Shown here: positions 27,650 through 38,255 of the stretch, piece after piece
How positions within the stretch are numbered: position 1 is the first letter of the stretch
Layout of the letters: the number at the start of each line of letters is the position of its first letter
Source: Anaerohalosphaeraceae bacterium
GTDB taxonomy: Bacteria > Planctomycetota > Phycisphaerae > Sedimentisphaerales > Anaerohalosphaeraceae
Length of the DNA stretch: 64,000 bases
Assembly (NCBI GenBank): GCA_040306945.1
Contig: JAWRKM010000054.1
Location: 3,056-67,055 of the forward strand
Direction of reading: 5' to 3'
Notes under the pieces: generated by a model
The model's input: only the letters and a program-made list of their open reading frames with translations
Database searches by the model: none
Told to the model about the DNA's origin: nothing
Position numbers and translations under genes: made by a program

Positions 27650-30007
27650 TTAAAATGGCCATGTCCAGTTGCGTATTTCGGGCATATCTTCGCCATGTTC
27701 ATAGATGTAATGCTTATGCTCAATGCGCTTATCCCGCATCTGCTGGCGTAGATAAGCGGCCTTGACTGCCAGGCCGGGCACACGATCAATCACATCCATC
27801 ACAAGATGATACCGGTCAAGGTCATTCAAAACGACCATATCAAATGGCGTGGTGGTGGTCCCTTCTTCCTTATATCCCCGAACGTGCAGATTATCGTGAT
27901 TTGTACGTCGATAGGTCAGCCGATGAATCAGCCACGGATAACCGTGATAGGCAAAGATGATCGGCTTATCGACCGTAAACAGGGCGTCGAATTGTTTGTC
28001 TGAAAGCCCATGGGGATGCTCCTCTTTCTGCTGGAGGGTCATCAGATCAACGACATTGATGACTCGAACACGCAACTCAGGAAGCTGTTTTCGCAAAATT
28101 GACGCAGCCGCCAGGATTTCAAGGGTCGGAATATCGCCGGCACAGGCCAGAACCACATCCGGCTCGCCGCCGCGGTCGTTACTGGCCCATTCCCAGATGC
28201 CGATCCCGGCGGTACAGTGCTTGATCGCCGCATCCATATCCAGATACTGCAACGCCGGCTGCTTGCCTGCAACAATGACATTGACGTAATTGCGGCTGCG
28301 GAGACAATGGTCGGTAACTGACAGCAGGGTATTGGCATCGGGCGGCAGATAGACTCGAACGATATCTGCCTTTTTGTTTACTACGTGATCGATGAATCCA
28401 GGGTCCTGATGACTAAAACCATTGTGATCCTGCCGCCAAACATGCGAGGTCAGCAGGTAATTCAGCGAGGCAATAGAACGCCGCCACGGAATCTGGCTGC
28501 GCGTTACCTTAAGCCACTTGGCATGCTGGTTGAACATGGAATCCACCAGGTGGATAAAGGCTTCGTAACAGGAGAACAGCCCATGTCTTCCGGTCAGAAG
28601 ATACCCTTCCAGCCAGCCCTGGCAGGTGTGTTCGCTGAGAATTTCCATCACCCGTCCGTCGGGACCTAAATGTTCATCGGTTGGAAGCTGGTCGGCCACC
28701 CAGGTTTTATCCGTAACTTCAAAAGTCGCCCCGAGACGGTTGGAGGCGGTCTCATCCGGCCCAAACAATCGGAAATTGTCGGGGTTATTTTTCATGATAT
28801 CCCGAACAAAGGCACCCATGACCCGTGTAGCTTCAGCGGTAACGTTGCCGGGTCTGGGTACTTTGACTGCATACGCCTTAAAGTCCGGCATCCTGAGGTC
28901 TTTGAGCAGGATTCCGCCGTTGGCGTGCGGATTGGCTCCCATTCGCCTTGCCCCTTTGGGGGCCAATGCCGCCAGTTCAGACTTAAACCGGCCCTCGGAA
29001 TCAAATAATTCTCTGGGCTTATAACTTTTCATCCATTTTTCTAACAGGCGAATGTGAGATTTTTTTTCCGCCAGCTCTGAAAACGGTACCTGATGCGACC
29101 GCCAGGTACCCTCGACTGGCTTTCCATCCACGATACGCGGGCCGGTCCAGCCCTTGGGGGTACGAAACACAATCATCGGCCACAGAGGACGTTTAATCGC
29201 TTTCTTACTGCGGGCCTCGGTTTGTATTCGGCGGATTTCAGCAATAATCTTGTCAAGTGTTTCGGCCATCAGCGGGTGGAGTTTTTTTGGGTCGGAACCC
29301 TCGACAAAATAAGGCTTATAGCCGTACCCCCTGAACAGGTCCTGCAATTCCAGCTTGCTGATCCGGGCCAGCAGCGTGGGATTATTAATCTTATAGCCAT
29401 TCAAATGCAGAATCGGCAGGACAGCCCCGTCGCGGGCGGGGTTGAGAAATTTATTGGAATGCCAGGAAGCCGCCAGCGGCCCGGTTTCGGCTTCCCCATC
29501 GCCGACCACACAGGCGGCAATCAGGTCCGGATTATCAAACACCGCCCCATAAGCATGAGAAATGGCATACCCAAGCTCTCCCCCCTCGTGAATGGAGCCG
29601 GGTGTTTCCGGGGCAACATGGCTGGGGATGCCGCCGGGAAACGAAAACTGCTTAAAAAGCTTTTTCATCCCCTGTTCATCCTGTGTCACGGCCGGATAGA
29701 ATTCTGTATAAGTACCCTCCAGATAGGTATTGGCCACCATGGCCGGACCGCCGTGGCCGGGTCCTGCAATATAAATCATATTCAGGTCGTATTTGTCTAT
29801 AATCCGATTCAGGTGGACATAGATGAAGTTCAATCCCGGCGTCGTACCCCAATGCCCAAGCAGACGAGGCTTGATATGCTTGATAGACAGCGGCTTTTTG
29901 AGTAAGGGATTATCATATAAGTAAATCTGTCCGACGGAGAGATAATTTGCTGCACGCCAGTATGCATCCAGTCGTTTCTGTTCTGCTGCCGTTAATGCCG
30001 TGGCCAT
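27650..30007 (-). CDS. xfp: Phosphoketolase (XFP family)
   Basis: [32 protein letters not shown] motif [24 protein letters not shown]. Confidence 0.96.
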   Translation of the reverse strand: MATALTAAEQKRLDAYWRAANYLSVGQIYLYDNPLLKKPLSIKHIKPRLLGHWGTTPGLNFIYVHLNRIIDKYDLNMIYIAGPGHGGPAMVANTYLEGTYTEFYPAVTQDEQGMKKLFKQFSFPGGIPSHVAPETPGSIHEGGELGYAISHAYGAVFDNPDLIAACVVGDGEAETGPLAASWHSNKFLNPARDGAVLPILHLNGYKINNPTLLARISKLELQDLFRGYGYKPYFVEGSDPKKLHPLMAETLDKIIAEIRRIQTEARSKKAIKRPLWPMIVFRTPKGWTGPRIVDGKPVEGTWRSHQVPFSELAEKKSHIRLLEKWMKSYKPRELFDSEGRFKSELAALAPKGARRMGANPHANGGILLKDLRMPDFKAYAVKVPRPGNVTAEATRVMGAFVRDIMKNNPDNFRLFGPDETASNRLGATFEVTDKTWVADQLPTDEHLGPDGRVMEILSEHTCQGWLEGYLLTGRHGLFSCYEAFIHLVDSMFNQHAKWLKVTRSQIPWRRSIASLNYLLTSHVWRQDHNGFSHQDPGFIDHVVNKKADIVRVYLPPDANTLLSVTDHCLRSRNYVNVIVAGKQPALQYLDMDAAIKHCTAGIGIWEWASNDRGGEPDVVLACAGDIPTLEILAAASILRKQLPELRVRVINVVDLMTLQQKEEHPHGLSDKQFDALFTVDKPIIFAYHGYPWLIHRLTYRRTNHDNLHVRGYKEEGTTTTPFDMVVLNDLDRYHLVMDVIDRVPGLAVKAAYLRQQMRDKRIEHKHYIYEHGEDMPEIRNWTWPF

Positions 30008-30090
30008 ATAGACTCCTTTCCATACACCTGAAACTGGTTATGCTGCAATTCCAGGAATCCATATTAGACCGTATTCCAAAGCAGTACAAG

Positions 30091-30127
30091 AAAAAAATCG
30101 CCCTTCTGATTGCTGCAATCAGGATTT
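30091..30127 (-). terminator. Terminator-like hairpin overlapping the ldhA stop
   Basis: Minus strand AAATC-CTGATTG-CAG-CAATCAG-aagggc-GATTT followed by a T run. Confidence 0.5.
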
Positions 30128-31156
30128 AATGCGACTGACGACCGCATTTTTGTGGGAGACCATGTTCTGGCAAAGAACGGCATTCTGGCAGCGGCCCTGC
30201 TCGAATTCACGGATATTGGACAGCGTCGTTTCAGCAATCGCAGTCAGGGCATTATGGGTGAAAAAGGCCTGATGCCCGGTAATGATGACATTGGGAAACA
30301 TCAATAACCGAGCAAAGACATCATCCTGAATAATCTGGTTGGACAAATCCTCAAAGAATAAATCGCCTTCTTCCTCATAGACATCCAGGCCAAGATAGCC
30401 AATCCGTTCGGTTTTGAGTCCCTCAATGACGGCCTTGGTATCGATCAGTGCTCCTCTGCTGGTATTGATCAGCATCACACAATCCTGCATTTTACCGATA
30501 GACTCAGCATTAATCAGATGATAGGTCTGCGGGGTCAATGGGCAGTGCAGGGTAATAATCCGGCATGTCCTGTACAATTCATCGAGCGATACATACCTGA
30601 CACCCAGCTTCAGGCAGTCCGGATTCGGATGAACATCATAGGCGTATAAATCGCACCCGAAGCCATGCAGTATCCGGGCCACAAGGGCACCAATTTTACC
30701 CGTGCCGACAATGCCCACCGGCGTCTGGTACATATCAAAACCCAGCAGGCCCTCCAGCGAAAAATTACCCTCGCGAACTCGGGCGTGGGCCTTATGCGTA
30801 CGACGATTCAGGGCCAGCATCAGTGCGATGGTGTGCTCGGCCACAGCATAAGGTGAATAGGCAGGAACGCGGACCACCGAAAGCCCCAGTTTCTCGGCCG
30901 TATCCAGTTCCACGTTATTGAATCCGGCACATCGCAGAGCAATCAGCCGAACTCCCAGCTCTGCCAGGCGGGTCAATACCACAGCATCCAGAACATCATT
31001 GACAAACACGCAGACAACCTGACAGCCCTTGGCAAGTTCAACCGTATCAGGCCCCAGCCGCTGTTCCAAATAGATTATTTCATGGCCGAAAGCTTTATTG
31101 GCCATCTCAAAATATCGCTGCGTATAGGGTTTATTGCTGTATAATGCGATCTTCAT
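30119..31156 (-). CDS. ldhA: D-lactate dehydrogenase (D-2-hydroxyacid dehydrogenase)
   Basis: [51 protein letters not shown]. Start placed at MKIALY with SD GAGG. Confidence 0.93.
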   Translation of the reverse strand: MKIALYSNKPYTQRYFEMANKAFGHEIIYLEQRLGPDTVELAKGCQVVCVFVNDVLDAVVLTRLAELGVRLIALRCAGFNNVELDTAEKLGLSVVRVPAYSPYAVAEHTIALMLALNRRTHKAHARVREGNFSLEGLLGFDMYQTPVGIVGTGKIGALVARILHGFGCDLYAYDVHPNPDCLKLGVRYVSLDELYRTCRIITLHCPLTPQTYHLINAESIGKMQDCVMLINTSRGALIDTKAVIEGLKTERIGYLGLDVYEEEGDLFFEDLSNQIIQDDVFARLLMFPNVIITGHQAFFTHNALTAIAETTLSNIREFEQGRCQNAVLCQNMVSHKNAVVSRIKS

Positions 31157-31185
31157 TGCTGCACCTCTGCTGTTGATACGTTTGA

Positions 31186-31221
31186 TAATACTATTTGTTC
31201 TTGTAATACTATTTGTTCTTG
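31186..31221. repeat. Perfect 2x18-bp tandem repeat upstream of ldhA
   Basis: TAATACTATTTGTTCTTG at 31186-31203 and again at 31204-31221. Confidence 0.95.
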
Positions 31222-31273
31222 CTGGCAGCGATCGGACTCGCAAATAGCTTTGTGTATCTGACCTGACAGTGGA

Positions 31274-32728
31274 TTACAGTTTTTCTATGTTCTTTTTTCC
31301 ATAAGTTGCACCACGATCCGGCGGCATGGACCGATGCCATTGGATCACCGCTTTGGTCAGCCGTTCTACCCGTTCCGGATGCTCAGATGCCACGTTACGC
31401 TTTTCAGCCGGGTCGGCTGCAAGATGGTACAATTCAGCATTTGATCCGTCATACTCACAGAGCAGCTTCCATTCGCCCTCACGCACGGCAAGATCAGGGA
31501 GGTCATCAATTCCGAAGATTGCATCCCGATCCGGAGGCCGACGGAAAAACACCGGCCCCTTGCGTGATCGCTCCGACCGACCCGTCAGCACATCCTCCAC
31601 CGGCTGACCGTCAAACTGAACAGTCTGCGGCACCTTAACCCCGGCGATGGCCAGCAGGGACGGAACCAGGTCGATTGCCGCCATAAATGATGTCCGGTTG
31701 ACCGTCCCCGCCTTTTTTGACTCAATGAGTCCAGGCCCCCACACAATCAGCGGTGAGCGAATCCCCCCTTCGTACAGCATGGCCTTCAGACCCCGCAGCG
31801 GTCCGGCGATACCGGCCCCCTGCTCTGGTCCGTTATCCGAACAGAAGACGATAAGGGTATTATTCCGCAACTCCTCGTCCCGGCGAATGGTGTCGAACAG
31901 GACGCCAAGCTGTCGATCCATGGTATCCAGGACACTGTTGTAGAGCGTCCGCTTCTTGCCGTCCCCCCGCTTGTCCTCAGGCGGAAAAAAAGGAGAATGA
32001 ACATCATCTGGCCAGAGATTGATGTAAAAGGGCTTCTTGTCGGCGCGGGCTTTTTCGATAAAGTGAATCGCAGCCGCAACAAACGATTCGGTGACTTTGG
32101 AGCGGTCCTGCCAGGTAATGGGGCCGTGTCCAAGTGTATCGGAGCCAAGGGCATATTTATGGGGACCTTTGCCGTCATAAGAGTCGCACAGCGGCAGAAC
32201 ACGGGGCCCCAGTCCCTCGAAGTTGGTCAGTGACTCATCAAAGCCATATTGACTGATGAGCGGAGCCTCACCAATATCACGCTGGCCGCCCATGTGCCAT
32301 TTGCCAAAATGGCCCGTTGCATAACCGGCTTCCTTCAGAAAACGCGCCAGCATCGGTGCGGCAGGGTCGAGCCAATGGGCGATGCCGCGTTTCTCATTTT
32401 CCGCACGGTCGCTCAGGTAAGAGCCAATGCGCCAGCGCTGCGGGTATTGTCCGGTGGAGATAGCCACGCGGGAAGGCGAACAGATCGGAGAATTCACATA
32501 AAACTGTTCGAAACGAATCCCCTCGCTCGCAAGACGGTCAATATTTACAGTCGTGACGTCCCGCCCCCCAAAACAGGACAGATCCCCCCATCCCATATCA
32601 TCAATAAACACAACAACAATATTCGGATGGACCGCCTTCGGTTCGTCAGCCCGCAGCATGCTGACACCACCGCCAACTGCCGCAACAGCAGTACCCATCC
32701 ATTTCATAAAGTCTCTTCTGGAATACAC
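31274..32728 (-). CDS. Formylglycine-dependent sulfatase with Tat signal
   Basis: SRRDFMK Tat motif, PNIVVVFIDDMGWGD, CSPSR, FGKWHMG, FCSDNGP, YEGGIRSP. Confidence 0.93.
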   Translation of the reverse strand: MYSRRDFMKWMGTAVAAVGGGVSMLRADEPKAVHPNIVVVFIDDMGWGDLSCFGGRDVTTVNIDRLASEGIRFEQFYVNSPICSPSRVAISTGQYPQRWRIGSYLSDRAENEKRGIAHWLDPAAPMLARFLKEAGYATGHFGKWHMGGQRDIGEAPLISQYGFDESLTNFEGLGPRVLPLCDSYDGKGPHKYALGSDTLGHGPITWQDRSKVTESFVAAAIHFIEKARADKKPFYINLWPDDVHSPFFPPEDKRGDGKKRTLYNSVLDTMDRQLGVLFDTIRRDEELRNNTLIVFCSDNGPEQGAGIAGPLRGLKAMLYEGGIRSPLIVWGPGLIESKKAGTVNRTSFMAAIDLVPSLLAIAGVKVPQTVQFDGQPVEDVLTGRSERSRKGPVFFRRPPDRDAIFGIDDLPDLAVREGEWKLLCEYDGSNAELYHLAADPAEKRNVASEHPERVERLTKAVIQWHRSMPPDRGATYGKKNIEKL

Positions 32729-32911
32729 GGGATCACAATGTCCTTTCTCTGCCTCACAGACAGGATTATTCTATGAGCAAAATCAGCTTCAGGTGAATAT
32801 CTCTTCCTGCTATACCTATATACCTAACGAAATGGCCCATGAGGCTCTATACAACCATTATGCATATTTGACTGGGGACCGCAATTTTTTACACAAAAAA
32901 TATTTTTAGGA

Positions 32912-32940
32912 TTGACCTGAAATACAAATTGATGTATAGT
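32912..32940 (+). promoter_or_regulatory. trp operon promoter
   Basis: TTGACC-17 bp-TATAGT preceded by an A/T tract; ends 7 nt before the leader ATG. Confidence 0.75.
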
Positions 32941-32947
32941 TGTTTCT

Positions 32948-33007
32948 ATGAATAGAAACAATACAAATAAAATCGTATCTTTTGGTTGGTGGCGCCCTGT
33001 TGGATAG
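32948..33007 (+). CDS. trpL: trp leader peptide MNRNNTNKIVSFGWWRPVG
   Basis: 19-codon ORF with tandem TGG TGG codons between the promoter and the attenuator hairpins. Confidence 0.88.
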   Translation: MNRNNTNKIVSFGWWRPVG

Positions 33008-33051
33008 GCCGACAGGATCCGAAGTTTCTATAGTCTATAACATGAAATAAC

Positions 33052-33089
33052 GACCTGAAGGCTCGAAAATAGCATTCAGGTCTTTTTTT
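33052..33089 (+). terminator. trp attenuator terminator
   Basis: GACCTGAA/TTCAGGTC stem with inner GCT/AGC pairs and 7 T, ending 38 nt before trpE. Confidence 0.88.
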
Positions 33090-33127
33090 ATTAATACCCA
33101 ATTGACATTACTCACAAGGTCTTGATT

Positions 33128-34759
33128 ATGAACGAATTACAAAAACGCATTCACCAGGCTCGGCCGGGACAAATCATCCCCATTGTGCGTGAAATCGACA
33201 TCCGATGTCCGGTAGAATACTTTGCCCGGCTGACTGATTATGGCCGGCGTAAACCGTGCTGCCTGTTTGAATCAAGAGATTATTTGTCCGGAAGCGGATC
33301 GGGTGAATTAACCTTTGCCACAGCACTGCCCGCCCTTTACTTAACCGGCAATGGGACCCACTTTCGGATCGAAGCATTAACTCCTGCAGGGAAGCGAATT
33401 TTGAGGTATCTGGCTTCAAACCCAAGACGCTTCTCTTTTTGCGACATGGTGTCGTACGAACAGGATCGGATTGTCGGATCATTTAGTCTGCCACAGCAAA
33501 CCCTCGATGAACAAAGTCGCCTGAAAAGCACCAATCAGATGGACGTCATTCGAGCCGTAGCATTTGCTTTTGAGCTGGCCAGCAAACCTTTCCGCATCAC
33601 CTGCGGACTGCTGGGGGCCTTGAGCTATGATTTTATCGATCAATTTGAAAAACTGCCGGCAAGCCGCTGTGACATCCTGGAAAATCCCGATTACGAGCTG
33701 TATTTTGCCGACAACATCTTCCTGATGGACCATAAAAAAGGACAGGGTTTTGTTGTCGTTAACGCCGTAGTCACCAATGGCGACCGGGACCAGATATATC
33801 AGGAAGCCATGGATACCTTTGATTTTTATACCAATCGAATACACCAGGAAATGCCGCAGCCCAAGCCTTGCACGGCTTCCCTGCCCGGTCCCACTACCGA
33901 CACCTCGCAGCAAGATTATGAAAATATGGTACTCCAGGCCAAACAGCACATTCTGGATGGCGATATCTTTCAGGTGGTTCTGAGTCGGACGCATATTGAA
34001 CCCTGCCCTGCCGAGGCGCTGGATGTCTATCGCAAGCTGCGAAAGCTCAATCCGTCTCCTTATATGTTTTATCTGAATACGGACAATACCGTACTGATGG
34101 GAGCCAGCCCGGAATTGAATCTGCGAGTCAGCGGTTCATCAGAACGCGTTGTGGAGATCCGCCCGATTGCCGGCACCAAACCCCGCGGTCGGGTAAACAA
34201 CAAAATTGATCCCGATATGGATATGCGGTATGAAGCCGAGCTGAAACTGGACCGCAAGGAACTGGCCGAACATATGATGCTGGTCGATCTGGCCCGCAAT
34301 GATATCGCCCGCGTTTCCAACCCCGGCAGTCGGGCTGTCAACGAGATGCTGACGGTGGAAAAATATGAATCTGTAATGCACTTGGTCAGTAATGTACGCG
34401 GGATTCTCCGCAAAGACCTCGATGCCCTCAGCGCCTATCTGGCCACTATGAATATGGGAACCCTGACGGGGGCGCCGAAAATCGAAGCCATGAAAATCAT
34501 TCGCAATCTGGAACATACCAAACGGGGCTATTACGGCGGTGCCGTGATGTATCTGACCGTGGATGGTCAGTTTGACAGTTGCATCACGATACGCAGTATG
34601 CAGATACGCGACCACAAGGCCTATATCCGGGCCGGTGCGGGAATCGTTCATGACAGCGTCCCCAAAACCGAATATGAAGAGACCGTTCACAAAGCCGGCT
34701 CATGTCTAAAGGCCATTCGCAGTGCCGTCGAAGACATCGCAAAACCGCACAAACAATAA
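33128..34759 (+). CDS. trpE: Anthranilate synthase component I
   Basis: LFES, GDIFQVVLS, NPSPYM, RPIAGT, EHMMLVDLARND, GTLTGAPKIEAM, QAG-like RAGAGIV. Start ATG 33128 after AAGG. Confidence 0.95.
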   Translation: MNELQKRIHQARPGQIIPIVREIDIRCPVEYFARLTDYGRRKPCCLFESRDYLSGSGSGELTFATALPALYLTGNGTHFRIEALTPAGKRILRYLASNPRRFSFCDMVSYEQDRIVGSFSLPQQTLDEQSRLKSTNQMDVIRAVAFAFELASKPFRITCGLLGALSYDFIDQFEKLPASRCDILENPDYELYFADNIFLMDHKKGQGFVVVNAVVTNGDRDQIYQEAMDTFDFYTNRIHQEMPQPKPCTASLPGPTTDTSQQDYENMVLQAKQHILDGDIFQVVLSRTHIEPCPAEALDVYRKLRKLNPSPYMFYLNTDNTVLMGASPELNLRVSGSSERVVEIRPIAGTKPRGRVNNKIDPDMDMRYEAELKLDRKELAEHMMLVDLARNDIARVSNPGSRAVNEMLTVEKYESVMHLVSNVRGILRKDLDALSAYLATMNMGTLTGAPKIEAMKIIRNLEHTKRGYYGGAVMYLTVDGQFDSCITIRSMQIRDHKAYIRAGAGIVHDSVPKTEYEETVHKAGSCLKAIRSAVEDIAKPHKQ

Positions 34760-34769
34760 GGAAATCCCA

Positions 34770-35375
34770 ATGGAAAAACCAACTGTTCGAGTCCTGTTTA
34801 TTGATAACTTTGATTCGTTCACCTATAATCTGGTGGATGAATTCGCGAAGCGACACTGTCCAACCAAAGTCTATCGGGCCGATACACCACTGGAAGAACT
34901 CAAGAAGGCTGCGCAGGAGTTTGGAGCTCAATTGCTGGTCCTGTCGCCAGGGCCGGGTAATCCCGACACTGCCGGAGTAACACTGTCAGCAATTGACGCC
35001 TTCAAAGGACAATTGCCTATTTTAGGTGTCTGCCTGGGTCATCAGGCAATCGTCCAGTATTTCGGCGGCGTCATCAGCCATGCCCCCGAAGTCATGCACG
35101 GCAAACCGTCGCGCATCACCCACAATGGGCGTGGACTTTTTGAGGGCCTTGAAAATCCCCTGCAGGTTGGACGCTATCACAGTCTTGCTGCGGTAAAAAT
35201 GCCGGACTGTCTGGAAACCACCGCAGAATTCGAGGGAATTATCATGGGAGCCAATCATAAAACATTGCCGATTTATGGTGTCCAGTTCCACCCGGAAAGC
35301 ATTTTAACTCCAACCGGTGGACGTATTATCGAAAACATGCTGGCGATTGCCTCAGCGTTTAAACAAAATCAATAA
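34770..35375 (+). CDS. trpG: Anthranilate synthase component II (glutamine amidotransferase)
   Basis: IDNFDSFTYNL, LSPGPG, GVCLGHQ, RYHSL, GVQFHPES. Confidence 0.95.
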   Translation: MEKPTVRVLFIDNFDSFTYNLVDEFAKRHCPTKVYRADTPLEELKKAAQEFGAQLLVLSPGPGNPDTAGVTLSAIDAFKGQLPILGVCLGHQAIVQYFGGVISHAPEVMHGKPSRITHNGRGLFEGLENPLQVGRYHSLAAVKMPDCLETTAEFEGIIMGANHKTLPIYGVQFHPESILTPTGGRIIENMLAIASAFKQNQ

Positions 35376-35393
35376 ATTTACGGAGCCTCCAAG

Positions 35394-36410
35394 ATGAAAA
35401 AGATTACCGAATATCTCGAGATTATTCTGGAAGGAAAAGACCTGAGTTTTGAACAGGCCCAGACCCTGCTGGATATCATTTTCACCGGCGAGGTTCCTCA
35501 GCTGCAGATTGCAGCCTTTCTGGCGGCCATGCGGGTCAAAAAAGCCGCCGTCAGTGAACTGGCCGGGCTGGCTTCTTCCCTGCGAAATCACGCCATCAAG
35601 GTCGAAACCGGCCTGGATAATCTGGTGGATACCTGCGGCACAGGCGGTGCCGCGATGAAAACCTTCAACATCTCCACAGCCGCCGCGCTGGTGGCGGCCG
35701 GAGCGGGGGTATATGTTGCCAAACACGGCAATCGCGCCATCACCAGCACCTGCGGCTCTGCCGACGTCCTGACGGCCTTAGGTGTCAATATCGCTCCCGG
35801 GCCGGACAAAGTCGCCCAGTGCATTCGTCAGGCACATATCGGTTTTATGTTTGCACCTCAGTTTCACCCGGCCATGAAGCATGTCCAGCCGGTGCGGCAA
35901 TCTCTGGATTTTCGAACTGCCTTTAATATCCTTGGCCCGCTGGCCAATCCGGCCGGGGCCACCGCCCAGGTCATGGGGGTCTCGGATGAATCTCTGATGC
36001 CCCGCATCGCCGAGACACTGAAGGTTCTGGGGGTCAAGCGAGCCATCGTGGTTCATAGTTGCGGCCTGGATGAAATCAGCACGATGAGCCCCAGCAATAT
36101 CATTCACTTAGAAAATGGACAGTTCCGCAATGAATGCCTCGACCCGGTTTATCTGGGCATCCCCCGAGCAGATTATAATGACCTGATCGGCGGCGAAGCG
36201 GAAACCAACGCCCGCATCGTCAGAGATATTATTACCGGCTGCCAGAACGGGCCGCGAAAAGATATTGTGGTATTAAACGCCGCAGCGGCTATAATGGTGG
36301 CAGGTCTGGCAAAAGATTTTGCCGAAGGTATTGAGCTGGCCGATCGAGCCATCCACAGCGGGTCGGCAGCCAAATGCCTGGAACAATTAATTGCTATCAG
36401 CAACAGTTGA
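35394..36410 (+). CDS. trpD: Anthranilate phosphoribosyltransferase
   Basis: DTCGTGG, FNISTAA, KHGNRAITSTCGSAD, RTAFNILGPLANP, LDEIS. Confidence 0.96.
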   Translation: MKKITEYLEIILEGKDLSFEQAQTLLDIIFTGEVPQLQIAAFLAAMRVKKAAVSELAGLASSLRNHAIKVETGLDNLVDTCGTGGAAMKTFNISTAAALVAAGAGVYVAKHGNRAITSTCGSADVLTALGVNIAPGPDKVAQCIRQAHIGFMFAPQFHPAMKHVQPVRQSLDFRTAFNILGPLANPAGATAQVMGVSDESLMPRIAETLKVLGVKRAIVVHSCGLDEISTMSPSNIIHLENGQFRNECLDPVYLGIPRADYNDLIGGEAETNARIVRDIITGCQNGPRKDIVVLNAAAAIMVAGLAKDFAEGIELADRAIHSGSAAKCLEQLIAISNS

Positions 36411-36432
36411 ATACTCAGGAGACAGCGGCATT

Positions 36433-37071
36433 ATGTTATCAATCAAAGTCAAAATCTGCGGTATCACCAACAGTGAGGATGCTCTTGCGGCAGTGGATCT
36501 GGGGGCGGATATGCTGGGCTTTAATTTCTATGAAAAAAGTCCTCGCTATATCCCTTATGAAAAGGCCATTGATATTATTAAAAAAATACCAACCTCCATT
36601 GACACCGTCGGAGTATTTGTCAACCCCACACCCACGGAATTAAAACGAATTGTCGAAGGAGGCTTCTTAAACTGGATTCAGCTTCATGGTGACGAAACAC
36701 CGGAGTTTTGCCGTTCATTGACCTGGACAAATGCCCGCCTGATTAAGGCCATCCGCGTCAGAACCGCTGAGGATATCCAGAAAGCCTATCAATATCCCGT
36801 CGATGCGATTATGCTGGATTCTTATGATAAGAATCTATATGGCGGGACCGGCAAACCCTTTGACTGGTCGCTGATTGGAAACCTGCATCGCAGATTATTT
36901 CTGGCCGGCGGAATCAATCCCGACAATGCAGTCCAGGCCATCCAGATAGGCATTTATTGCATTGACGTCTGCAGCGGCATAGAATCCGCCCCCGGCAAAA
37001 AAGATCATATCAAAATGAAACAATTATTTGACAACATTCATCAGGCCACAGGCTGGAAGGTACGAGCATGA
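36433..37071 (+). CDS. trpF: Phosphoribosylanthranilate isomerase
   Basis: [49 protein letters not shown]. Confidence 0.95.
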   Translation: MLSIKVKICGITNSEDALAAVDLGADMLGFNFYEKSPRYIPYEKAIDIIKKIPTSIDTVGVFVNPTPTELKRIVEGGFLNWIQLHGDETPEFCRSLTWTNARLIKAIRVRTAEDIQKAYQYPVDAIMLDSYDKNLYGGTGKPFDWSLIGNLHRRLFLAGGINPDNAVQAIQIGIYCIDVCSGIESAPGKKDHIKMKQLFDNIHQATGWKVRA

Positions 37072-38246
37072 AACACAACGGACGATTTGGCCAATTCGGA
37101 GGCTTTTATGTGCCGGAAGTGCTGATTCCGGCTCTGGAGGAAATCGAACAGGCGTTTGATCGATTTCAAAACGACCCGCAATTTGTAGCCGACCTGAATA
37201 ATCTCTATACCAATTATGCCGGCAGGCCCTCCCCCCTGTATTATGCCAGACGCTTCAGCGAGTATGTGGGATTTCAGGTGTACATCAAACGCGAAGACCT
37301 GCTGCATGGCGGTGCACACAAGATTAACAACACCCTGGGCCAGGGGCTGTTGGCTCAATATATGGGCAAAAAGAAGCTGATTGCTGAGACCGGTGCCGGC
37401 CAGCACGGCCTGGCCACCGCAACCGTCGGGGCCTTATTCGGCATGGAAACCAAAATTTTCATGGGAGCTATTGATGTCGAGCGGCAAAGCCTCAATGTCC
37501 ATAAAATGAAACTGCTGGGAGCAGAAGTGATCCCCGTTCGCGGCGGAACCTGCACTCTCAAAGATGCCATCAACGACGCCCTGCGGTACTGGACATCCCA
37601 TGTCGAGGATACCTTCTATCTGTTCGGCACTGCAGGAGGCCCTCATCCCTACCCCACCATTGTCAAGCATTTTCAGTCCCCCATCGGCAAGGAAGCACGC
37701 CGGCAATGCCTTGATCAGATTGGTAAATTGCCGGACATGGTCGTAGCCTGTGTCGGCGGCGGTTCCAATGCCATCGGCATCTTTAACGGCTTCATCCCCG
37801 ACAACACGGTTCAATTAATTGGTGTTGAGGGTGGCGGTAAAGGCATTTCGACCGGTCATCATTGTGCCACCCTGTGTACAGGCACAGTGGGAGTCCTTCA
37901 CGGAGCCAAAACCTATCTGCTCCAGGACGAAAACGGCCAGATTCACGAAACCGAATGCATCTCCGCCGGCCTGGATTACCCCGGCGTCGGCCCCGAACAC
38001 GCTTATCTTAAGGATATGGGGCGTGCCCGCTATGTCCATGTCTCCGATGAACAGGTTCTGGACGCCTTTTTCCTATTGACACGTCTGGAGGGCATTCTGC
38101 CAGCACTGGAAAGCGCCCATGCCCTGGCCTGGGTCAGTGAACAAAAAGGCAAATACCCCAGTCAAACCGTGGTCGTCGTGAATTTGTCTGGCCGCGGCGA
38201 TAAAGACATCGGTATCGTGGAACAACATCGACCTTTGAATAAATAA
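37068..38246 (+). CDS. trpB: Tryptophan synthase beta subunit
   Basis: [55 protein letters not shown]. Confidence 0.97.
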   Translation: MKHNGRFGQFGGFYVPEVLIPALEEIEQAFDRFQNDPQFVADLNNLYTNYAGRPSPLYYARRFSEYVGFQVYIKREDLLHGGAHKINNTLGQGLLAQYMGKKKLIAETGAGQHGLATATVGALFGMETKIFMGAIDVERQSLNVHKMKLLGAEVIPVRGGTCTLKDAINDALRYWTSHVEDTFYLFGTAGGPHPYPTIVKHFQSPIGKEARRQCLDQIGKLPDMVVACVGGGSNAIGIFNGFIPDNTVQLIGVEGGGKGISTGHHCATLCTGTVGVLHGAKTYLLQDENGQIHETECISAGLDYPGVGPEHAYLKDMGRARYVHVSDEQVLDAFFLLTRLEGILPALESAHALAWVSEQKGKYPSQTVVVVNLSGRGDKDIGIVEQHRPLNK

Positions 38247-38255
38247 GGCACGTTT

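Noticed and set aside
31157-31243. N-terminal extension of ldhA including [11 protein letters not shown]
   Set aside because: It is the translation of the upstream 18-bp tandem repeat; SD GAGG supports a start at 31156.
33102-33107. Perfect TTGACA just after the attenuator, a possible internal promoter
   Set aside because: There is no TANNNT at 16-18 bp spacing.
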